IMG/VR virus record: IMGVR_UViG_3300012920_000053
Coordinates: 1-53,144 of that record
Length of the DNA stretch: 53,144 nt
Strand: one strand, 5' to 3'
Source: a virus
Lineage: Duplodnaviria > Caudoviricetes
The position numbers were made by a program, and so were the translations under genes. The notes below the pieces were generated by a model, which worked only from the letters and a program-made list of their open reading frames with translations, did no database searches and was not told where the DNA came from. Below, one piece after another: positions 9,645-17,700 of this stretch (the first letter of the stretch is position 1; every line of letters starts with the position of its first letter).

Positions 9645-10487
9645 GTCCGTTGTAAACGGAACCTCCATCTCACCCTCATACTCACAACCAGAACATTGGA
9701 AGCGGTGAGTTAGGTCAACTGTAGGGACCAATTTTTCATAAGCTTTTCGCATATATCTAGCGTCTAGTGCTGGCATATTATCAATTAGTGTTCTTTTGAA
9801 TTCATTACTATCGTTTCCTTCTACGGATACGATCATCATCCCCAATTGATCTGTTAGCACAGTTTCTGGAAGCTTTTTCTTTCTTTTGTTTTCCATTAGG
9901 TTAGCCAGTCGTCTTTCATCACGGCCGTTCATAAGTCTAACTTCTACTGTAATTTCTGAAATAGGAAGGGTGATATTGAATGTTCCATTTCCTGTTTCTG
10001 AAATTTGGTACTCCCCCCAATCGTCCCCTTGGTAAGTAGGCCTATCTTCTAGATCGAAAGAAAATTGTTGAGTTGTAGAACACGCGGGACATGTTACTTG
10101 CGTCTCATATTCACTTCCGTACCCAGAAATCCTGGCGGCGATAAGAAGTGCATTTCTATCTCCAACCAACAAGCTCTCTACTTGAATATTTTTATCCGTC
10201 ACAATATTCTTCAATAGTCTATCGATAGCTACACCTTTTTTAAGGAGTGACTTAGAAGTTAGAATGTCTTCGTCTTTTGCTGTCATGTGGCGGATTTCCA
10301 CATGTTCTTTGTCTTTCAGCGGGTGACCTTCTGGATAAAACTTACCTTTTGATGGTAAATCCACCAACTCGACCGGCTTCGGAAAGCTAAGTAACTTTTC
10401 CTGAAGGGCCTCCAAGGTTAGTGCTCCAGAAGTAGAGGAGCCAGAAGTTGCTTCTGTCCCCGTTCTTTCTGAATTTTTTCGTGCCAA
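9627..10487 (-). CDS. Baseplate hub assembly / tail assembly chaperone (T4 gp26-like), 286 aa
   Basis: VDLPSKGKFYP...IRHMTAKDEDILT...LLVGDRNALLIAARISGYG...CPAC...CSGC. It lies immediately after the tube gene. Confidence 0.8.
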   Translation of the reverse strand: MARKNSERTGTEATSGSSTSGALTLEALQEKLLSFPKPVELVDLPSKGKFYPEGHPLKDKEHVEIRHMTAKDEDILTSKSLLKKGVAIDRLLKNIVTDKNIQVESLLVGDRNALLIAARISGYGSEYETQVTCPACSTTQQFSFDLEDRPTYQGDDWGEYQISETGNGTFNITLPISEITVEVRLMNGRDERRLANLMENKRKKKLPETVLTDQLGMMIVSVEGNDSNEFKRTLIDNMPALDARYMRKAYEKLVPTVDLTHRFQCSGCEYEGEMEVPFTTDFFWPK

Positions 10488-10522
10488 TTTTCACCTCTCG
10501 TTTGTTATTATGGCTATTTTAT

Positions 10523-11179
10523 TTATGAATTGTTATCTGGTACTCTTGTCGTGCCCGTACCACCAAAGCCAGTGGAAGGTGCCGCTGCGTTTGGAGCATC
10601 CTTTGAAACGTCCGTTGGCTTGATTGCAGGAGTCGAAGGAGAGTACTGTATGTCTCCTTCTTCTACCATCAGATCGGCCCAGTCGTATCTAAATTTGATC
10701 GTTGTATCAGCAAGATCATCTGCTCCGTATTCCAAGTTAGAATTTTCAACACCAGAAATCCAAGCCCCGTTTAGTCTCCAAGTTTCAATAGGGTGACCAT
10801 CAGAGTCGATCATTGCGATTGTCACTTCGCCAAGAGCAGTAGCTGCTTTTGCTTTTGAGATTGTTGTTGTGTTTTTGGTTCCTTGGGCAGAATTTGTTGG
10901 TACATAATAGCCAGATCCTCTGATAATATCAGCAATTGCCCACTGCATATCTGGGTCTACTGGATCTACTAGGTTTACAGAAACTTCGTTCCATGTCACT
11001 GAACCGGGATAATAAAACGTATGATTCAGAAATTTGTGTTCTGTTGAGGCGACCTCAAAAGACGGTCTATCTGAAGTTTTTACAAACCACTGTCCCCCTC
11101 CCGGAAGTGATGCAATAGTTAGTAAAAATCTAAATTTTCTTTTGGGATCTCTCCCCGCTGCTGTTGTCCAAAATGCCAT
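10523..11179 (-). CDS. gp19: Tail tube protein (T4 gp19-like)
   Basis: DPKRKFRF...YYPGSVTWNEVSVNLVDPVDP...IETWRLNGAWISGVENSNLEYG...IKFRYDWA. It follows the sheath gene. Confidence 0.85.
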   Translation of the reverse strand: MAFWTTAAGRDPKRKFRFLLTIASLPGGGQWFVKTSDRPSFEVASTEHKFLNHTFYYPGSVTWNEVSVNLVDPVDPDMQWAIADIIRGSGYYVPTNSAQGTKNTTTISKAKAATALGEVTIAMIDSDGHPIETWRLNGAWISGVENSNLEYGADDLADTTIKFRYDWADLMVEEGDIQYSPSTPAIKPTDVSKDAPNAAAPSTGFGGTGTTRVPDNNS

Positions 11180-11210
11180 TTAATTAGGTCTCCCTTGTAC
11201 TTTACTCATT

Positions 11211-11220
11211 TCTAAATAGT
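11211..11220 (-). promoter_or_regulatory. Late-promoter-like motif (ACTATTTAGA)
   Basis: + strand tctaaatagt, intergenic upstream of the tube gene. Confidence 0.55.
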
Positions 11221-11243
11221 CTTTGAAAATATTATGAACTTTT

Positions 11244-14183
11244 TTAATCATCGAATGATGCCCCTGTTCTCGTAATATTGAAATCAATTGCAATGTATTC
11301 GATTGCTCTGGCTGGCTTCAAGAAGATTTTTGCGTAAACAATATTTCTATCAACCAAATCTGGGGTTGTTGTTGTTTCGTCTAAAACAACTTTGAATTCT
11401 GTCAGTCCACCACCAGATTGAACAGCAGACAAGAATCTATTAGTAGGGCCTGTAAATCTAGCCCAAGTAACATTTGTGTTTTGATCGAACAAGATATTGT
11501 TTGCAATTTTTGAAATCTCTCTCTTGACATAAATCAACATTCTTCTAACATTAATTCTGTCCAAGGCAGAAGGAGTTACTTGCAAAGTTTTCTGTCCGAA
11601 AATTACAATACCTTCTGATGGGAATGTAGCAATAGGGTTGATGTTTGCTTCGTACAGCGTGTCTCTATCCTTCGAGCGAACCCTTTCAGAGACTCCAACA
11701 ACCGGCATACCCGCAGAACCTTCTGTAAGTCCGCCGCGATTGAATCCCGCAGGGGCAAACCATACTTGAGATTTTGCTTCAGATGAAGCGAAGGTTCCCA
11801 AAGCTACCACTGAAGGTGGTACCCAAACTAGCTGGCCAGAGATGTTATCCCTTATTTGAACCCATGGATAATAAGCACAGGCGTAAGAACTATCAATTCC
11901 CCTTACAGTCAAGCTATTTACTGCCTCACGGACCGATCCAAGTCTATCTTGGAAAGAAAGATATGTCTTACCTTCAGCTGGAGGAAAATAAACATTTTGC
12001 AAGTCGATAACAGCAAGTGAATCTGCTCTATCCTCACACGTATCAATAATATGTTGTGTTAGAGAAGAATTTGTGAGACCAGGCATGGTGATCAGGTTAG
12101 ATTGTACCATTTCAGGATCTGCAACAGTATCAATTGCTCTTTTGATTGTGTTATAAACAGAGTTTGATGTATCTAAATCGCCCGTTTCCATTAGAGAGTT
12201 TCTAACTGGGTCAGCTTCTGTTACATCGAAACCATCAACTCCTCCATAAAATGCTGTAGTAAGTCTATTAAATCCAGCATCCAGAATTGATTTCCAAGAA
12301 CTTCCAGTTGCCGTTGTTGAAATTCCTTCTGCTCTAGATCCAGACATCCAATATACTTCTGCACCAGTCGACCCGGTGACAACAACATCATCTAGGGAGA
12401 CAATATATTGCCAACTAAGATGCTTGGTGGTTGCACCACTAGTCCAAGATGATCTAGAGATTTGTTCTGACGTGTCTACACGAGCTACCCCATCTGGGTT
12501 CGCTCTTAGGTAATCACCATAGCCAGAGTCGAATCTTGATGCGCCGGCTGAAATAGCATTATCTAGACCAAAGTATGCATCTCTAATATCTGCCAAACCT
12601 CCGTCTGAAGCTGAAATTCTCGTTGCGAGAGAAGGCGCGGACATTCTTAGTTCTGCACCATCAGGAATCCACAAGTTTCCATCATTTGGCTCGACTACTT
12701 GAGGCATATCTGATGCCCCTTCAAAGAATGCCTCGGACGCAATAGATGATCCACTAGTATATGTAACACCACCTAGTGGCTCCAGTTTTAGAGGACCAAA
12801 CGTTCCGAAAGGCAAATACCTTGGATCAGTTTGCGCGCTGTCCACTAGTTGGCTCATAATTACTCTAATATATTTAGATTGGTTATTGTATTCTCCATAT
12901 GTTCTTAGTCTGGCCTGGTTGTAGTCAAACTCTTGCCATTTTGTTCCAATTCTTCTGGCAATATAATTTTCTGAATTAGGATCAAGATTTACATTACTAA
13001 ATCTTTCTACAACCTGTACAACGTTATCTCTGTCCGACGCTCTCCTGATTAAGACTGTGAAAGAACCATACTTATTTGACTTGTTCGTCGATGCCTTGAT
13101 ATCTGAAATTGAAACTTTTAAGTTTTCCTGTACCCAAGTTCCCTCATGAAGAGATACAAACTTGAAAAGTCTCTGCATGTCGAGAGGACTGTAAGAGCCG
13201 GTTATTGTACCCAAATCTTGCGAGAAGAACCATCCAGTTTCTGGAGCTTCTGCACTAATTTGCATATCATCTCTCTGGATATTTGGCGTGCCGGTGCTTT
13301 CTTGGGCCACCAACATAGCTAAAACAGATTGGCCAGAGGCCGTTGATAGGTTTTGGATAACTTCTGCCACATCTCTTTCGAATGTCTCACCTAGCCAATA
13401 ATACTGCTCACCTTTTTTCAAGTTCGCGGTATCTGTCAGGTCTCTATTTGTCAAGATTGGGTTAGTATTCAATACATTTCTAATATATTTATCAGAGTCC
13501 CTATCCAAATTGAAGGCTGTAGTATAAACTACATTATTTGAAGTGTCGTGTATCTGTAGAGTGCTTTCCCCGTAAGTTCCGATTGTCTCAAAAAGAGCTG
13601 CTGAACCAGAGGCTGTCCGATCTGGAGATGGGAGTGTTGACGCTGCACCATTTGAGGGTGCCACTGTACCAGTAAGCGTAAGGGCGCCCTGGTCGCAATA
13701 AATCGTCGCTGCCAAAGAGCCTGTATGCTTACCATTACTGGAAGAAGCAAAAAGGTAGAGAGCATAGGAGCCTCCATTATCCGCCACACTAGTGTTGAAT
13801 CGATTAGAACATTTCCAACCAGCAAGAGCTTCATCAGTTGTATCTGCTCCCGGATGTGCCTCTCCCAAGAGCCTCATTACTGTCACTGGGCCTACTCCGG
13901 CATTCAGGTGTGCCATAGCTGCATAGGATGCATAAGTTGGGCCGATTAGGTTGCCTTCTCTCCATACATCACCATCAGGTCCGCCGCCACCGGGGATTGG
14001 ATTACCAAATACTTCCACAAATTCTGCTTGCGACCTGACTGTAACAGGTCTCATGCCTGGACCCATTCTGGTCCTTCCGATTACAACTGGGCCTACACCC
14101 AATTCATCTGCCGGTAATTGAGAATTATCAATTTCGTTTAAGAAAACGCCCGGTGAAACAAATTTAAACTTCTTAACTGACAT
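11244..14183 (-). CDS. gp18: Contractile tail sheath protein (gp18-like), 979 aa
   Basis: N-terminal FVSPGVFLNEIDNS and C-terminal YYPWV...VPPS...WFAPAGFNRGGL...LYEANINPIATFP...FGQKTLQ...LDRINVRR...IFLKPARAIEYIAIDF. Confidence 0.95.
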   Translation of the reverse strand: MSVKKFKFVSPGVFLNEIDNSQLPADELGVGPVVIGRTRMGPGMRPVTVRSQAEFVEVFGNPIPGGGGPDGDVWREGNLIGPTYASYAAMAHLNAGVGPVTVMRLLGEAHPGADTTDEALAGWKCSNRFNTSVADNGGSYALYLFASSSNGKHTGSLAATIYCDQGALTLTGTVAPSNGAASTLPSPDRTASGSAALFETIGTYGESTLQIHDTSNNVVYTTAFNLDRDSDKYIRNVLNTNPILTNRDLTDTANLKKGEQYYWLGETFERDVAEVIQNLSTASGQSVLAMLVAQESTGTPNIQRDDMQISAEAPETGWFFSQDLGTITGSYSPLDMQRLFKFVSLHEGTWVQENLKVSISDIKASTNKSNKYGSFTVLIRRASDRDNVVQVVERFSNVNLDPNSENYIARRIGTKWQEFDYNQARLRTYGEYNNQSKYIRVIMSQLVDSAQTDPRYLPFGTFGPLKLEPLGGVTYTSGSSIASEAFFEGASDMPQVVEPNDGNLWIPDGAELRMSAPSLATRISASDGGLADIRDAYFGLDNAISAGASRFDSGYGDYLRANPDGVARVDTSEQISRSSWTSGATTKHLSWQYIVSLDDVVVTGSTGAEVYWMSGSRAEGISTTATGSSWKSILDAGFNRLTTAFYGGVDGFDVTEADPVRNSLMETGDLDTSNSVYNTIKRAIDTVADPEMVQSNLITMPGLTNSSLTQHIIDTCEDRADSLAVIDLQNVYFPPAEGKTYLSFQDRLGSVREAVNSLTVRGIDSSYACAYYPWVQIRDNISGQLVWVPPSVVALGTFASSEAKSQVWFAPAGFNRGGLTEGSAGMPVVGVSERVRSKDRDTLYEANINPIATFPSEGIVIFGQKTLQVTPSALDRINVRRMLIYVKREISKIANNILFDQNTNVTWARFTGPTNRFLSAVQSGGGLTEFKVVLDETTTTPDLVDRNIVYAKIFLKPARAIEYIAIDFNITRTGASFDD

Positions 14184-14231
14184 CTAAGAGATCTCCTTCT
14201 AATTGACTCAAATTAGATTGCTTTATCACAT

Positions 14232-14241
14232 TATAAATAGT
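14232..14241 (-). promoter_or_regulatory. Late-promoter-like motif ACTATTTATA
   Basis: + strand tataaatagt upstream of the sheath gene and its AAGGAGA RBS. Confidence 0.65.
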
Positions 14242-14267
14242 TTGTGAAATTTCTAAAATCAAAATAA

Positions 14268-14648
14268 TTATGATTGTTGAGATATATTCTTCTTTTTTAG
14301 AATCCCAGGCTTCCCAGTACCTTTGGGATATTCGAACTCGTAGTCATCTTTTTTGTCTCCTAAGAATTTTTCTTTTATTTCTTCGATCCTATCTTCTTTC
14401 ACTTTTTTCAACTTTTCGACGACTTCGAAGTATTTCCTCTCTTTCATTTTCGATTCAAATAAGAATTCCTTATAATCTTTGAAAGTTTTTTCTACAGCAA
14501 GATCTAAGTTTACTGGAATAATGGCTATTTCTTTCGGAACCTCTATTTGATCCGGAAGTTGGATTTCCTGAACTTCTTGTTGAACTTCTTCTTCTTCTTC
14601 AATTTGTTCATCTTTTGTAGAAAAAAGGCTAACTATTTTTTTGAACAT
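14268..14648 (-). CDS. Hypothetical charged protein, 126 aa
   Basis: ORF with a GAGGGG RBS and an upstream ACTATTTATG motif (14668-14677). Confidence 0.7.
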   Translation of the reverse strand: MFKKIVSLFSTKDEQIEEEEEVQQEVQEIQLPDQIEVPKEIAIIPVNLDLAVEKTFKDYKEFLFESKMKERKYFEVVEKLKKVKEDRIEEIKEKFLGDKKDDYEFEYPKGTGKPGILKKKNISQQS

Positions 14649-14680
14649 TTCTTTTGTCCCCTCAAAACATAAATAGTCTT

Positions 14681-14713
14681 AAAAAAATAGCCCCCCTGTA
14701 AAAACAGGGGGGC
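14681..14713 (-). terminator. Rho-independent terminator after the giant fibre gene
   Basis: Perfect 10-bp stem gcccccctgt / acaggggggc with a 4-nt loop, followed by a U-tract on the minus strand. Confidence 0.85.
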
Positions 14714-14747
14714 AAGTAAATTATTTCTAAAATACTTTTACTCTATA

Positions 14748-17700
14748 TTAGCTTAGTGGGAAAGTTGGGATTGCTGCACCCCATTCTTCCTCGGTCGCGA
14801 TATCGTTAGAAGCGTCAGAAACCTTGGTAGCAAAGCTTGAAGGATCAGTCATTGTGCCAGTAAGGAAATCACTGCTATTTACGATAACACTAGAAGAAAG
14901 AGAAATGTCTTTCTTATAGACAACCACCATTCTATCGCCAGTAAGAAGGCCGAAGGTCATCGTAATGGCTTGTGGTGATGCTACATCGAAGTTGTAATCA
15001 AACCCTTCTGTCAGAATTTGTCCATTCAAGGAAACAAGCTGAATTTCAGATGCGTTATATTGAATGGCGTGTGTTCCGCCAGCAGCGATATCAGATGTCA
15101 GAACTTCCGTTTCTTGACAAATCATATCTCTAACTAGGGCAATATCACCTCTGACGTCTGCAACAACAGCATTAGTACCCGAAACTACAGTTTCAACAAG
15201 GCCTTCAACTTCATCTTGCATTGCCTGAACTTCAGACTGGAGAGTTTCCACATCACTCATCATCTCTAGAGCAACATCATGTGTTACCTGAAGACCATAT
15301 TCAGATGCCTGAAGTCTCTCGTCCATTTTCTTCAGAGCGTCACCGAAATCAACAGCGAGATGAAGATCTGAACTCTGAAGTGGCCACATTTGATCTTCTG
15401 TGTGAGCAACAAAGGAGATTCCTCCGACTGCACCAGAAACATAATTGTCACCAAACATATCCTTCATTTCTTGATCGTGCTGCAATTCATTAGCATCTAC
15501 ATCAGCTTGAAGATTTGAGATAGCCAAATCAGCATCTGCCTCGTTCTGATCAACGTCAGACTGAAGAGCTACCAAATCAGCTGCGACTGCGCCAGAAAGA
15601 CTAGTCACATCGCCTTGCAAGTTTGTAATTGATGTAATGATGTTAGTATCAGCAAGCTCGTAAGCAGCAACCAACTCAACTAATTGGTCTAGGTCGACAC
15701 CCGAACCAGAGAGGATTGCGTCAATACGGCCTCTTTCAACAGCAATTGCTGCATCAGCGTCGGCTTCGTTCTGATCGACGTCAGATTGAAGAGCTGCCAA
15801 ATCAGCTGCCACAGCACCCGAGAGTGAAGTAATGGCCGCATCGGCATCCGCCTCATTTTGATCTACGTCAGACTGAAGTGCTGCTAAGTCAGCCGCGAAT
15901 GCACCCGAGAGTGAAGTAATGGCTGCATCTGCATCTGCCTCGTTCTGATCGACATCCGCTTGGAGCGCTGCCAAATCAGCTGCCACAGCACCCGAGAGTG
16001 AAGTTATTGCTGCATCAGCGTCAGCTTCATTCTGATCGACATCCGCTTGGAGTGCTGCTAAGTCTGCTGCTACTGCGCCCGAAAGCGAAGTGATTGCTGC
16101 ATCAGCGTCAGCCTCATTTTGGTCTACGTCAGACTGAAGTGCTGCCAAGTCTGCTGCTACTGCGCCCGAAAGCGAAGTGATTGCTGCATCTGCATCTGCT
16201 TCATTTTGATCAACGTCAGATTGTAGCGCGGTGATGGTAGCCATCAATGCACCTGACAACGCTGTATCAGCGGCAATATAATCGGAAACAATTTGATTAT
16301 CTCTTGAGATATAGTCCGTTTCCATTGCCAACAGGTCTGCTGCTACTGCACCCGAGAGTGAAGTAATCGCGGCATCGGCATCTGCTTCGTTTTGGTCAAC
16401 GTCCGACTGAAGTGCTGCTAAGTCTGCTGCCACTGCACCCGAGAGTGAAGTAATGGCCGCATCGGCATCAGCTTCATTTTGGTCGACATCAGACTGAAGA
16501 GCTGCTAAATCAGCTGCCACAGCACCCGAGAGTGAAGTGATTGCTGCATCAGCGTCGGCTTCATTTTGATCGACATCAGATTGAAGAGCTGCAAGATCAG
16601 CTGCGACTGCTCCGGAGAGCGATGTGATAGCTGCGTCTGCATCTGCTTCATTTTGATCAACATCAGATTGAAGTGCTGCCAAGTCAGATGCTACCGCTCC
16701 GGAGAGACTAGTTACATCACCTTGGAGGTTTGTGATAGAGGTAATAATATTGGTATCTGCCAACTCGTAAGCGGCAACCAATTCTACCAACTGATCAAGA
16801 TCAACACCCGAGCCAGAGAGGATTGCGTCAATACGACCTCTTTCAACTGCGATTGCTGCGTCTGCATCTGCTTCATTTTGGTCTACGTCAGACTGAAGTG
16901 CTGCTAAGTCAGCTGCCACTGCACCAGAGAGTGAGGTGATTGCTGCATCAGCGTCAGCTTCATTTTGGTCGACATCCGACTGAAGAGCTGCAAGGTCTGC
17001 GGCAACTGCACCAGAGAGTGAAGTAATTGCTGCATCAGCGTCAGCTTCGTTCTGATCAACGTCAGATTGAAGAGCTGCAAGGTCTGCGGCAACTGCACCC
17101 GAGAGTGAAGTAATGGCAGCGTCAGCGTCCGCTTCATTTTGATCAACGTCAGATTGAAGAGCTGCAAGGTCTGCGGCAACTGCACCCGAGAGTGAAGTAA
17201 TCGCTGCATCAGCGTCAGCTTCATTTTGGTCAACGTCAGATTGTAACGCACTAATTGTAGCCATCAAAGCACCAGAAAGTGCTGTATCGGCATTGGCAAA
17301 TTCCGTTCTGATCGAAGCGCGATCGGCAGCAGCCGAAGAAGAGAGATTAGTGATGTCACCACTCAATTCAAGATCTAGTGCCGCTAGACTGCTAGAAACA
17401 GATGAAGAAAGAGACAAAATATCTGCCGCGTTGTCATCAACGTTATCCTGAACACCAGAGATAGCTGTGTCTAACAATAGATCTGCATTGTGCAAGCTAG
17501 TTGCAGCAGTAATATATCTTGCTGAAGCGTGAGCTGCATAGGATCCCGTAAGGCCGATTGCATCGATAGCTTCATCAATTTCCGTGTTAGCATCAGCAAT
17601 TTCTTGATCAACGTATGCTTTGTTTACAATCTGATCACCACTGATGAACTGAGAGTGTGCAAGTGAATACTTGATAACTCTAGGGTCGAATGCTGGAGTG

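Noticed and set aside
5098-14183. Bacterial extracellular contractile injection system or tailocin
   Set aside because: Capsid, portal, protease, terminase and primase genes in the same co-oriented block show it is a phage.
15520-17290. Regularly spaced repeats that could be read as a CRISPR array or DGR template/variable repeats
   Set aside because: The units are contiguous 87-nt in-frame coding repeats with synonymous variation and no unique spacers. No cas or reverse transcriptase gene is present, and there is no adenine-specific pattern.
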